Positions 38,800 to 51,551 of a DNA stretch of 64,000 nucleotides are shown here, piece after piece. The DNA comes from Kondoa subrosea (Eukaryota): assembly GCA_039545335.1 (NCBI GenBank), contig BCIN01000002.1, positions 3,267,564 to 3,331,563 of the forward strand, in the 5' to 3' direction. The notes under the pieces were generated by a model that worked only from the letters and a program-made list of their open reading frames with translations, searched no databases and was not told the DNA's origin. Position 1 is the stretch's first letter. Every line of letters begins with the position of its first letter. Both the position numbers and the translations under genes were made by a program.

Positions 38800-39140
38800 A
38801 GCTATCTTGTCTTTACCTCTGCGATGTTCTTCTTGAGCACGGCTGACTGGGCTGGCTTCCTCTACATCGGCGTCTGGTTCAACGCCTTTATGCAGATCTT
38901 TGCAGACTACCGACCTTCAATGTTGAAGCTCGTTTTCTTTTTCGCTCCTTTGCTTGGCGCGACTTTAATCTGTGGGAATTTGACGATTGATGAGCTTTGA
39001 TCGGCTCTTTTGCGCACTGGCTGCTTATCGTATGATCTACATGTCGATCTTTGTGAGTGCTTCGCAGCTATATTCAGAGTCTTGACTGATTTGACCTGCG
39101 CAGGACTATCGTGTCAACCACATCGCTCTTCCAACTTCTG
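38800..39140 (+). pseudogene. Second, diverged PAP2 C-terminal fragment (intron-poor, internally deleted)
   Basis: STADWAGFLYIGVWFNAFMQIFADYRPSMLKLVFFFAPLLGATLICGNLTIDE joined directly to LIG..CALAAYRMIY..IF/DYRVNHIALPTS. The HxWxDxxAG catalytic segment is missing. Confidence 0.85.
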
Positions 39141-40054
39141 GTACGCCGGCACCTTGTATATTGTGGCTCATGAGCTGACCTCAATTGATAGATCTTGAAT
39201 CCTTCCCAAGTGGTAAGCCTATCTGCTTGAAGTGCTTTGCGTTGGTACTCATCTGCTCGATACAGGGCACTCAACCGCGTAAGATCTCTGGGTCGAAATC
39301 GTGCCGTCACTGACCGCTCTGTCAGTGCTTGGGCTGGTTTCCTCTTCTTGTCGATGTGGTTCAACTCTCATCTCAAGATCTTCGCCGACTATCGACCTTC
39401 CATCTGGAAGATGACTTTATTCTTTGCTCCCTTACTTGGTAAAGGCTTTTCTTGAAAGTCAATTTGCTTCGTTCTGACTTAGGCTTTTCTTAGGTGCTGT
39501 TCTCGTCTGTGGATCTTTGTAAGTCATTATCAAGGTATCATTTCACAGTGCTTAGTTTCCCTCTAGGACCATTGACGAGTTGTAAGTTGATTTTCAGAGA
39601 CATATGCCTCTGTTTCTGACATTCCTGTCTTTGACAGTCACAACGTGAGCATTCTTCCCTGAGTGCTTACAGGAATTGACAACAGCGTACAGTGGTACGA
39701 CACCGTTGCTGGAGCTTTGATCGGTAGGCACTTTCGTCCTCATCACCACCTCAGGCTAATCTTCCTTTCTTCAGGTGCTTCATGCGCGCTGGCTGCTTAC
39801 CGAATGACCTATGCTGCAATTTTCGTAAGTCCTATCTCTGGAATTGGACACTAGCTGATGCTTCATGCCAGGACTATCGAATCAATCACATTGCTCTGCC
39901 TACAAGCGATCGAGGTCTCTGGGCGGCTCCAGCAGGTCACGGTGTCAAAGGTCTCACTCTCAATCAACCTTACGGTATGGCTGGAAACGGTATTGCTCAG
40001 AATGGTGGTGCTGTGGAGATGCATCAATCGAATGGTCATCAACCGGTCGTTTGA
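39141..40054 (+). pseudogene. PAP2/DPP1-like phosphatase, 3' half (intron-rich)
   Basis: Intron 39141-39191, then LESFPS/GHSTA/AWAGFLFLSMWFNSHLKIFADYRP...TIDE/HN/WYDTVAGALIG...DYRINHIALP...HQPVV*. There is no adjacent 5' half. Confidence 0.85.
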
Positions 40055-40908
40055 GATTTCTGGTCGGAAGCAAGGGAGATAGGGATACCCACAACAGATA
40101 CACGATTACTATAAGTTATTAGGTTCTTGTAATGCAGACTCGGGAATTCATCTTGTTCATCCATTGCATTTATTTCGACAGAGGCTTTATCTTGTCCACG
40201 ACAGTCTCTAGCCTCAAGCTCTGCATAATATCCTCTAGTTAAAGAGTCGGCTGTACACGCCTTGCTTTGTCTAGGAGCCTATCCTGGATTCCGCCTGGAC
40301 GTTCGAAAGAGAGGTTCTTTCAACTCGCAAGCAATGAATACTGTCACTCCATAAATGCTACTTGAAACAAGTCCATTTGGGAACAGCAGGTCGTGATCAA
40401 TCCATATGGCTCATATGACAGCCGATCAAGCCATGTCACTACTCCGAAGGATGAATCTCGTTATCTGGAGTTGTCTTGAGTCCATCACCTACAGCATGGC
40501 TTCAGTGCTAATGGTCGTCTGTCAAGCTATCTGACTGCTCATCTGCTCCCTTTGATTCGATGGCCTTTTCTTTCTTCTCCTCGAGCATTCTTCCTCGAAG
40601 CTGTATTACATTGCTGCCAACTTTCACCCAGTTATGGGTCAGCAGATGAGCAATAGTCATGGTGGTCCCCTTGTATTTTCACCGAGCTTGCTTAGTCCTT
40701 TCGTTGACGGTTTCTGCATGGGTTTCTGTTCTTTGATTGCTCAATCTCTATAATTCAGCGTTCATTTCTCTCTTTCTCTCTTGACCATATCCATCTCTCT
40801 TCCATCTTCTGTCGTCTGTCAGCAGCATCCAATTTCGTCGAATCATATCCATACATGTAAGTCTCTTCTTCCTAGACTCTCCTGTCATCTCTGAGTGCCG
40901 AATACAGC

Positions 40909-42672
40909 ATGCTAAACGATGCTGAAGTTTATACTGGGGAACAGCTTGAGAATGCGCTTCAGGGCAAAGTCTACCGACCTCGGGAGCAGGAAGAGCTTCG
41001 CCGTTTGGTCGGCATGTCGGATTTGCCGCATAATTTGGAAGATGTAGTGACAGGGATCAACAATGGTATGGCATCAGCAATCGCTTTCGCCCACCTTCGT
41101 CCGAAAGACCTCTTTACCGTGCCGAAGCTCAAAGTAAGTCTTTGGCGGCGTTATGGGCCGGATCAAGCTGAGTTGCTCTTCAGGACGCAATAAAAGTTCT
41201 CAAGGTTGCTGTTCGACAGCGTCGCTCTGAATTTGAGGTTTATTCTCTCAGTTCCAATATAATTCCTTCCCCGACTGACTTGTTTGAAAGTTGACCCGAC
41301 TTCAACGCGGCATTACTGTAGCCGTATGCAGATTACTCCATTTCAATAGCCTTGATCATGAAGACTTATGCGGTTCAGGTTGATGCAAAATCTATGACCA
41401 CTCCAGCAACGGATTTGGCTGTAGAAATTGCTCATACTCATCAAACTGCTTATAGAGTCTATTATGCAGGCTTCTGGGAAGACTTTAAACACGATTTGGA
41501 ATTGGCGGTCGCTGGCAATGCATTGCTCGAGCAATTTCTCGCGGGAAAGACTCCTGAAAGTTTGAAGGTATATACGGGCAATTAGCAAACCGTCATCGTA
41601 CTAAAATATCTGCTTCCACAGAAGCATATCTATGGGGATCGAGTTACCGCTTTGAAGTTGTCGAAGAACCCGTCGGTATCTCAGCATGAGGTAAGAGCCA
41701 TTCGAAAATGGTCGAATAAGCTACTGACATAGGACCACAGCCAACTGCACTTCCCGGATCTTCAGCACAAGGCCATAACGTACAGCTCCTCTTCTCGCGC
41801 AATGTCACGAAGGTGCTAAAATAGTTTGCAGCAGCACTTTCCTAGTCAAACGCCTAAAGTATTATGTTGCGAAGTGTGATCGGGCGTGTCTGATATAAGT
41901 CTGATACAGGGACCTACCTGTCATGTTATTGGCGATTACAATGCAACGGAGCACTTCCTCCATGAAATGCAAGAACAGCTTCGCGATCCCAAACAAGACA
42001 ACATGGATATGGATAAGCAAATTGCGGCAGTGCAAGCTTTAGCAAGCAAGTACGATATCACAAACAGTATCAATGAGAAGCACGAGAAAGTGTTCAAGTT
42101 CACGAAACAGGACTATATGGTACGCTCTTCCTGCTCTGACATTTTAACTTGAACATGAACTATATTGGTTCAACAGAATTGGGTGCTCAGGAATAAATTG
42201 TACTTACCAACTCCCAATATCCTCCCTTACCATCGACCTGGAACAATTCCTCCGCTGGCGACTCAGAAGACCCATTTCGATGGCGATATGTTTTTGGTAC
42301 AAGATTATTTGCATGTCCAACGTGCCTATATTCAGCATATTCTGGAAAAAAACCCACATGTATGCTCCGAAACCATGCTATTGTTGCTCAGATGTCTGAT
42401 GCCTTTCAATTGCGATTGGCCAGGTAACTGACGAAGCAGCAAGAAGAGCTCTTCTTCATGAACAGATGACATCATCGAAGCTCCAGGCGTTCTACAACAA
42501 CAGCACTCACCCGTATGCTTTCAATGCCAATGCAATTACCAACAGTGTCAATGCTGGCCAGCAACACTTTGTCAACCCTCACTTGGCAGCGGCTCCTGTC
42601 AATCAACCCCATGCCGTACCTCTCGCCAATCTGGCAGGCCCGCGTCACATCGGAGCACCTCCTCCAAAGTGA
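40909..42672 (+). CDS. Multi-exon orphan protein
   Basis: About 9 open exons with GT..AG boundaries (MLNDAEVY..., KTYAVQVDAK..., GPTCHVIGDY..., NWVLRNKLY..., ...GAPPPK*). The start may lie further upstream (~40634). Confidence 0.6.
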
Positions 42673-42886
42673 AGCTTCTGGGTCAAGCGAAGTAAGGGGG
42701 AGTTTGGAACCTCACAGACATTTCTTCTCTCTTTGTATTACTACAGTACATATATGCAATTTTCATCTCTTAGAGCAGTAGTTTTGTGACATCCAGTCAT
42801 TTGACTGCGAGATTCTGAGACTTGGACTTTCGCTCATCTAGCAAATCTGGGTTGGAAAGTGACCATCATCTGTCGACATTTTGGAA

Positions 42887-45263
42887 ATGACTGAAGCCAC
42901 GCCTGTGCTTCAATACGCACGTTAGTAGTGCTGCTGTACACGAGACTGGCAAAGGACTGAGAGATGGGCAATGGACAGGCCGGTCACAGAAAGAACTTCG
43001 ACTGATTGCTGGTTCACCGTCTTATGCTGCTGTAGACAGCTTCAAAGCGTGAGGCTCTCTCAGATATACATGTTGCTGAATATTCAGACTCTGTTTATAG
43101 GCCAGAAGAGACTGTCAAGCACTTTGCATATTCACCTGATGGTCGATTATTCGCTACTGCTTCCTCGTCTTCGTATGTCTGTTAAGCTCTATCAAGTACT
43201 AACTCATGTCTGGAATGATAGAGTGCAAATAACAGACGCCGCAACGGGATCTTATACAATAGCTCTACCTTTGACAACCGCTGTTGAGCTGGCCTTCTCG
43301 CCTAAAGGCACATTTCTATCGACATGGGAAAGGCCTAGTACATCTTCTGGCTTTGATAGAAACGTATTTACTGATAGTCTGAGCAGTCAAAATAGAGGAC
43401 GGCAGTCAACACAAGAACCTAAGGATATGGAACACTTCAACAGGAGAAGAAGTTATTGCTTTCTCATACAAACCGCAACAGAATTGGAACTTACAATTCA
43501 CGGAAGACGAAGCTTATGCCTTAAGAATGGTTTCTTCCGAGATTCAAGTCTTTTCCACATCCGATTTCAGTCAAGGCATAGCTACTAAACTTCGAGTAGA
43601 AGGATCTACTTCATATTCTTTATCACCTGGAAGGAATCCTTGTGTTGCTGTATTTGTAGCTGAAAAGAAGGGAGCACCTGCTTCAGTCAAGATTTACTCG
43701 CTTTCTTCTTTTACGGTAAATGGGACAGCAGGTCAAGCATCAAGTCAAAAGACTTTCTTTAAGGCAGACAAGATTCAATTCAAGTGGAATATTCTAGGCA
43801 CAATGGTTCTTTTCGTCACTCAATCCGATGTGGATAAAACCAATCAAAATTATTATGGGGAAACCAACATGTATATGCTCAGTTCGGCAGGAAATTTTGA
43901 TTGTCGAGTTACTTTGGATAGAGAAGGTCCTATTCATGATTTCGCCTGGTCACCGAATTCCAAAGAGTTCACTGTTGTTTATGGATGTGCGTGAATTTCT
44001 TGCAATATCTGCAGTTCAGCTGATGTAGATATCATATGGTACAGATATGCCAGCTAAAACCACCATCTTTGATCATCGAGTTAACGTCTTGCACGATTTC
44101 GGCACCTCACCTCGAAATTATATCTCTTACAATCCTCAAGGTCGATTGATGATGATTGCTGGTTTCGGCAACCTAAGTGGAGCAGTCGATATTTGGGATC
44201 GCAAGACTCTTACGAAAGCTGCTGAATACAACGCTTCAAATACAAGTTATACGGATTGGTCACCAGATGGAAGATATTTGCTTTGCGCTACCTTGAGTCC
44301 GAGAATGAGGGTGGATAACGGAGTGAGGATATTGCATTGGAGTGGAAGCTTGATACATCAAGAATTGGTCAACGAACTATATCAGGTCAGTAGAGATCTG
44401 GATTCGTAGCGGCTACCGCTTGAACTCAAGACACTCTTTGACAGGTCGCTTGGAGACCAGCTCCAGCAGATAATTTCCCTTTCCGAACATCTTTGTCTCC
44501 CGCACCTTCAGACCCGTTAGCAGCGGCGATATCGACACCAGTCAAAGCAGCTCGTGAGTCACTATACTCTTCAGCTGGAATCTCAGCTCAAGGCATTGCC
44601 TGATTTTACAGCTACGGGAGCATATAGACCACCTCATGCTCGAGGAACAGCAACGCCTACAATTTTCAAACGAGAAGATGAAGGTGGAGCAGCCTATATA
44701 CCTCGAGAGAAAGCAGCCACACCCCAACCTAACGGATCAGCAGCGCCCCCAGGCAGTTTATCAGCTCTACAACAGAAACCAAAAACTCGAGTCATTCCTG
44801 GTTTGGGTCCGCAAACGAACGGCAGTGGAGCAGCAGAACAGAATGGACAAGGAAAGAAGAAGAAGAAAGCTGTACCTGGAGCTGCTCCTGAAGTAAACGG
44901 CAATAGTCAGCAGAAATCCACACCAGCTCAGCAAAATGTTCCTGCTACACCAGTGAAGAATAATGCTGCGGATGTTAATATCGCTCAATTGACTCCTGAC
45001 GAGAAGAAAAGGAGAGCATTGATGAAGAAGCTTGGCGCGATTGATCAGCTTAAAGGTTAGTAGAGACGCACGCTCAGCACTCAATATGCTCATGCGTATG
45101 TCTTGTGACAGCTAAACGTGATAAGGGAGAACCTCTAGAGAGAACTCAAGAGAGTAAAAGTGAGTCGCAGTAGGCAAGCTAAGGTATAGTTCTGATGTTC
45201 TGCTTCACAGTCGCTGCCGAAGCCGATTTGAGAAAAGAGTTGGCTGCTTTGTCAGTCAGCTAA
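42887..45263 (+). CDS. eIF2A: Eukaryotic translation initiation factor 2A
   Basis: FSPKGTFLSTWER, VFVAEKKGAPA, QKTFFKADK, DVDKTNQNYYGET, LDREGPIHDFAWSP, GFGNLSG, SPRMRVDNG, GAYRPPHARG and KKRRALMKKLGAIDQLK. Confidence 0.95.
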
Positions 45264-45453
45264 GGAGAGACACAAGAACAAGAAAGAGGAAAAGCATTTC
45301 GAATAGCATCACAAGCATGTATTAGGCATTCACATCGTCTTGTTGTTCTTGTCTGCATTTACCATTCGTTTGCATTTACTTTTGAACAGCACTTTCGTAA
45401 GACAGCAATTTGCAAAGCTTGTAACAAGACAATATCAACACTTATGACAGTAT

Positions 45454-46465
45454 CTACAGTTTCGACTCGGTGCGATTAGGTACTGGTCCACGATAGGGCT
45501 TGCCGAGGAAGTAAGCCATAGTTTCGAAGCGGTCGGAACCTATAGAGTGATAGTCTTAGTAATCCGATCAGAAAGATAGATGGCGAGCTCACCCCAGAAG
45601 TCTGGGAAGCGCAAGATGTCAACGGAAATAGGGACTTGATCATAAGGAGACTGACCCTGAATCTTTCCATCATCTCGCTTGCATACAATCCAGGGATGTC
45701 CAAAGGCTTTCCCTTCGTGAACGAGCGTGGCAGCTTCCTTGACAATTCTTGCCTTGTTTTCTGCCGATTGACTGTTCTTGGCAATGGAATTGATCTTTTC
45801 TTCCGAAAGTCCCGGGATATCTTTCAAGATAGTAGGATAGATTTTGATGTCGTTGATGCCGCTCTTGTTAGGTCCAAAATTACATTCCTACCCTGAGCTT
45901 CTTAGCACGGTTATTTTCCGTACATTTCGAGGCAGAGAGACTGACCCAGAAACGCAAAGTTGCGGCTTCAAGTATTTCTGGTGATGCTTCGTCTTTTAGT
46001 TGACGCAAAAACCGAACAGCATTGATTGTTGGAACGGCGTTTGGAAAGCCCTTTGGCATTGAGAAGTCGATTTGGAAATACTTGTTTGTCAGAGCCATAT
46101 CCTTGGTCATGTAGAGACCCTCTGCGTAGGTAGTTGGCAAGGGTCCTTCCATTGACATGATCTAGACATACTGTTTGGAATCGTCAAAGGAGGTCGATTC
46201 TCTGCTTCCTAGATGATCATCATGAGACGACAGCAGTTTACAACGTGGATAAAGTCTCACCTTCATTACTCCTGGCAAAAAAGCCGGAACGAGATCGATT
46301 GCTCCTAGAGACCAGAGCTCTCTGTATCGTTGCAGAACGATATAGGCCATATAAGCCTGGAATCAAAATAAGAAGGGCATAAGTTCCTCGGCCTCTGAAA
46401 GTCGTTGCAGCATTATGACCGACGTAGGGACTGATGGGATCATAGTAGAACGTAATATGCGGCAT
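45454..46465 (-). CDS. Glutathione S-transferase kappa / DsbA-like (HCCA isomerase family)
   Basis: ITFYYDPISPY, PAFLPGVM and GKAFGHPWIV...DFWG..RF. Ends in ESKL* (PTS1). Confidence 0.88.
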
Positions 46466-46819
46466 CTTGAGTTATTCAGATGTGCAGGAAAGTGTAGATG
46501 ACGGTCTCAGGCTCGAGACGCGACGACGAGGAAGCTCTGCAAGGAGAATGGGCTGTTTTGCGCTGCTCAATGCTTCTCCTGGAATCGTTCGGAAAACGTT
46601 GAAGACTCGGTGAAAAGAAGAAACATGTGAATTTTGGATTGCGGAGCACCTTTGACAGAAATAAAGTATCTGATGCCTCCATAGCAAGCTCTGTCTATCA
46701 TGGTATTACATTTCATGTACAAGCAAGCTTGCTAAATCATGATCTCCGCATACTATGCTATCTATCGGCTATCCACATACAGTTAAAGTATACAACTTCA
46801 GACGGAGAGTCAGACCAAT

Positions 46820-49595
46820 CTATAGAGCATGATCTTCTTTGATCCATTGTGCAACAGAGTAGGCGCATGCCATAGCTGTAATAGATGGGTTGCTTCCACT
46901 CGGTGTCGGGAACAAGCTCGTATCGGCAACGTATAGACCTGTATGACCCCAGATCTTGCCCCTTGGATCAGTAGCTCCATGTCGAGGGGAACGACCCATT
47001 GATAGTGTTGCCATCTGCAGACTTTGGTTCAGCAATCTTCTACTTCAAACCGAGAGACAAACCTGATGCGCTGAACCCATAGCTACGGTACCAGGAGCCA
47101 ATCCAGCGCCTTTGACATTGCTTAGCCATTCAACGAAATGAGGGTCCGCTACAGTCAAAGGCAGCGAAACATCTTTAGGTACTTTGAACGGTTTGATGCT
47201 AGGTTGATTTGTTCGTACTTCTCTTGCACCGGACGCCAACATCATCTTGAGTGCACATTGAACACCATGCATAGCTGAAGCTTGATCGTAAGCTGATAGA
47301 GAGTATTCGATTCTTGGTTTGCCGTTGGCGTCGATGATTACTCGACCGCCTGACAGATACTGTCAGCGTCAATATACACTGCAAAGTCTCTATCTCACCA
47401 TCTCTATCTCTCGTAAGTACGATAAGGGTCGCAGTATGAGGATATTGAAGCATTGCCTCCTTGTGCGAAGCGGCTCCTCTCCAAGTCGTATAAAGCGATC
47501 CCCAACCGCCAGGATTGACAGCCAGAGTTTCGATCTTTGGTCCGTACCCTGCGCCGTCATGCGATTCCATGACATTTGAAACCTATTAGAACATGTCAAT
47601 CAAATGCATTGAATGTTTGACATATACTGACCATGGTAAGGGCAGCTCCTTCGTGCTGGTTGATCACTTCATCAAAGACACCTTGAACGAGAACAACAGG
47701 ATGTAATCTCAAATTCTGTTGACGCGGCTTTTAGTGCAGACTTTCGCTTAGATATGTAGAACTGACCTTGCCAATCCTTCGCCCCGGTACTTTACTTCTC
47801 AACAACAAAGCAGGAGAATTTATAGCTCCTCCCGAACAGATTACACCTTTCTTAGCGTGGACAATCACTCTCTTGCCATGTCCAAGTAAAATCAAAGCGC
47901 CATTAGCATGTGTTCGAGAAGAAGTAGGCCAAGTATTGCTGAGGTTGCTGAAAGAAGGTGAAACAGGATCAGAAGGATCGGTGAAGAGGACTCGTTCAGC
48001 ATGAGCGCCTTGCAAAAATTGAGCTCCTGCATCTGCTGCATCTCGCAGCCAAGTGACTATTCCTCCTTGTTTCACATTGTATGGGCAGGAGAAGGCTATT
48101 ATCCGGTTAGAAGACGATGACTCTCAAGCAAAAGAGAACGCACTGCAGTATCCGCAATCATGGTCCAGACCGGCTGAGTTCTGGGCAACATCGGCAATAT
48201 GATAACCAAGTCGATTGCATCCCAATTTCATCCGCTCGTTAGCTTTGTTGTGATAGATCTTCTCTGTCGTCACTCCGGTCCTTTCGCAAACGTAATCTAG
48301 AGCTTCGTTGAACTGATAAATATACAGGATGAGTCATGCTAGAGAATTGAGACGGAAAATACTGACCTCATTGGAAAGAAAATGAGGTAGACCTGCTTGT
48401 GACCATTCGGTGCGAACAAAGTGCTGGGGTCGCAGACTTGCTCCCCAATTGATGGTCGTCCCCCCTCTATATCTATAATCAGCTGTAGACTACAGAGTCA
48501 AACCAATGGACTGACCCAAATACACTTCCACTTTTTTAGAAATATAAGCAAAGGCGTAAGAAAAGACTTGATGGACATACGCAAGCACATTCATGCTGCC
48601 ATCCTCCGATACCAAAGCTCCAGCGCCCTCGAAATAACTTCCGTACAGTTCGCCTATCTCTTCAGATAATTCGGTGTGCTTAGTGTAGATGCCTTTTTCG
48701 ACCTATATATCGGCCTCGTATCACTCATTTGAGGACAGAGCAGCACCAACGTGAACTCACCACTAGCACTTTGTGACCTGCTTTACCGAGTTCGGACGAA
48801 ACGACACCACCTCCTGCTCCAGAACCGACGACCAGGAAATCAGTCTCGATGATCTCTTCATTTGCTGGATTGAGGAAGTCGAACTGTCTTATTGTTAGTG
48901 AGGACGTCTCGGCAGCGGAGAATAGGGACTGACAGAGTATTCCGGTTGAATGTGTTGCGCATTCTTGCTGACTTCTTGTTTCCGCTACGGGAGAAATCAA
49001 TCACGGTATAGGATCAGAAGCACATGCTTACTTCAGGATATCCCATGCCCCGCATAATCTGGTCCTGCTGATAAATAGCCAACAAAGGGATACCGGTGCA
49101 AGCCCAGTACATTTGACGCAGGGCTGGAATATTACTCGTTGCCCAACCAAGTAGAGTAGCTTCTCTCTCTTTCTGACTCAGGTCCGCAAATGGTGTGACA
49201 CCGCCAATCAGAAGAAGTGCTCCAGCTCGTGTAGACAACAATGAAGTAAGAACCATCAGGCCTTTGAGCGCAGTCGGTGAGATTGCAGTCTTCATTGTAC
49301 TCAGGATCCGCGGAAGCAATTCTTCATCCATATCGAGATAAGATCTCTCGACCAGAATGTTTGCATTGGATCGCTGCCACTGATGTATCAAGCGATCAGC
49401 ATTGAAAGCACAGCTAGAGATGAGTCGTACTTCTTTGGCATGTATTCCAAGACCATTGGCTAGGATAACCTCTGCTTCTGGCCCATCAAAAGCTGGAAAA
49501 ACAGTCTCTGCAAAAGCTCGAATCGTCTTTATTTGCGCTGGCGAGAAATCATAGGAATGAGGTGAGCGCGTGAATATAGTGTTTGGCTGATCCAT
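46820..49595 (-). CDS. Long-chain fatty alcohol oxidase (GMC oxidoreductase)
   Basis: DFLVVGSGAGGGV, GGGTTINW.ASL, H.CGYC...CP...KQGG...WL.DAA..GA, GGAINSPALLLRS, NLRLHP, SAHQ/MAT and LYVADTSLFPTPSGSNP. Confidence 0.92.
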
Positions 49596-49906
49596 TGCGT
49601 TGATCTGTGCAACTGCTGATGAGATAAATGCTGATTCTTTGAAATATGGAGTCAACCCCAGATTCCGCGACGGAGATCACTTTTCACGTGCAAGACGGTG
49701 ACTGCTCTGCGATAAGAGGAAAGTACTACTGCTGGCTAAAGAAGCGTCTTGTGGTTCCTCGAAAGAGAGAGTGGGCGAGGGAAAGGGTCAAGAAGCAAAC
49801 CAAAAGCTTCAGAAAGTGCATTCCCGTTCATTCTGCCCGAACTCTGGCAAAAGATTCAAAGATTACTAAGTGCCGTACGGAGATACAGTACTAAATTCCA
49901 AAGGCC

Positions 49907-51551
49907 CTAATCGCTGCCAGGAAAGTCGCGTTCGAACCACTGCGTTCCATGCCAGGCGCCGAATTTGAGTACTGAAGACGAGCGCAACTTAGCTTAGTAA
50001 GGCATTGCATCGCGATAGCAGGATTACTTACAGACTGATGATTGACTGTCGAAAACATGAGACAGACAGGAGATTGGGTATCATAACACTTACCTGTACG
50101 CAGGAATGAAGCCAGCTCGCAAAGATCCTTCCAGGCCTATAGTTTTTTCAGCATAGTAGCTGCAACCAATAGTTGGGCTACTGACCAGCTGCATTGCTAG
50201 TACAGACGTCTAGAATAAGGTATTAAAGATGAGGTTATCTGTAAACAGCCGTGTTCGCTCACCTGCGATGACTTTGATTCGCTCTTTCGGCCTAGCCAGT
50301 ATAGGATGCTGCAGAAGATGACTACCATGCTTATCAGCTGGTCTTTGATTCGTATCTGGACCTCATGCTAACCTCCATAGCTTCTGACCAATGCTTTGGC
50401 GTTTCCAAGCTGGAACCACATAGGCAGAAACATACAGGGCACTTTTGCGACCACATCAGCGTAGATGGAACCCAAATAAATAGTATACATACTTGTCGAA
50501 ACTGTGGTTCTCGTCTTCGTTGAAGGGAGAAAGACTGATATAGCCAATTCGCACTCCCTCTGAAGTCTCGGCAATGTAACCTGATTTGCGTAGCTTTGAG
50601 AGCGGGTCAACAACAACATGATGCAGTGGATTGTTCACAGGGTAGATTATGAGCCTGGACAGTCGATAGCCATTCTCTCCGAGAATCTTCAGATTTCGGA
50701 ACTATATATTCCGATGAAATGGATGTCAAGCTGTTCAAGTTGTATAAAGCAGTGACTGACTCTCTGTCAAAATGTAGCAATAGCTGCATGTAGAATAGAC
50801 TTACTAAAATCAATGTTGTCGTCCTGCGCTTCTCTTATAACAGTTTTCGTGCCGTCAGTCTGAGCTTCGGTATTCAAGTACTGTTCCACATCTTCGAAAT
50901 CGTCCTCGTTTGGAAATCCTTTTCCAGCAGTGGACGGAGCAGGACCGAGATATGTCGAGAAAGTCAAGCGATCGTAATAAACATCGCCTTTGCGTGCAAT
51001 GAGTGTAAGTCTAGCTCGGAGCTGTAGCACTTTGTTCTTGAGGTCGTTCAAGTAGACTCACTTTCCGTCATAGTGTAAACCAAGATGTGCAATAAATGCA
51101 AGTCCACCATCATTGCAGGAAAGAAGATTGACTGCTTACTGAATGTCGGTGAGATCAATGCTGTCTCAGAAGACTACTTACTGCGAGCCAAGAAGAGCTC
51201 TAACTCTGATGTCTTGCTATGTTTGACTAAGCATTCCCATAGCTTGCGAGCGATACCTTGTCTTCTGAATTCCGGGCTGACGATTAACTTGATCTCGCAT
51301 GTGAATGTAAGAGTTGAGCCGATGGGATCTGCCGGAGCAAGAGTAGCAAAAGCAATAACATCATCATCTTCTGAAAGCACAAAAACGCATGGGTAGTTGC
51401 GTTCAAGCAAGTCTTCGAACCACTCGCTGAATTGTTCCAAGGATCGTGGATGCTTCCATTGACTGACTCCTTCCGCTACGTAAGTACTCTCAAGCTTGTG
51501 CAACGCTTCGAGATCGCATGACACAGCATCCCGAAACGATAGCTGCTCCAT
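49907..51551 (-). CDS. Tandem (two-domain) GNAT acetyltransferase, PAT/YncA-like
   Basis: Domain 1: FRDA...YPCVFV...VIAFA...VSPEFRRQGIARKL. Domain 2: IREAQDD...LYN...EWL...IGYISL...VVPAWKRQSIGQKL...KFGAWHGTQWFER. Confidence 0.7.

Larger units (their letters stand above)
28259..39140. mobile_element. Putative ~11-kb inserted accessory block carrying orphan genes and captured gene fragments (element class unknown)
   Basis: Lies between complementary 5' and 3' halves of PAP2 and contains decayed ACC1, UBR1 and PAP2 fragments. No transposase or TIR was recognised. Confidence 0.45.

Noticed and set aside
38769..38800. Possible Helitron 3' end (weak hairpin followed by CTAG)
   Set aside because: The stem is short and imperfect, CTAG is followed by C rather than T, and no Rep/helicase gene is present.
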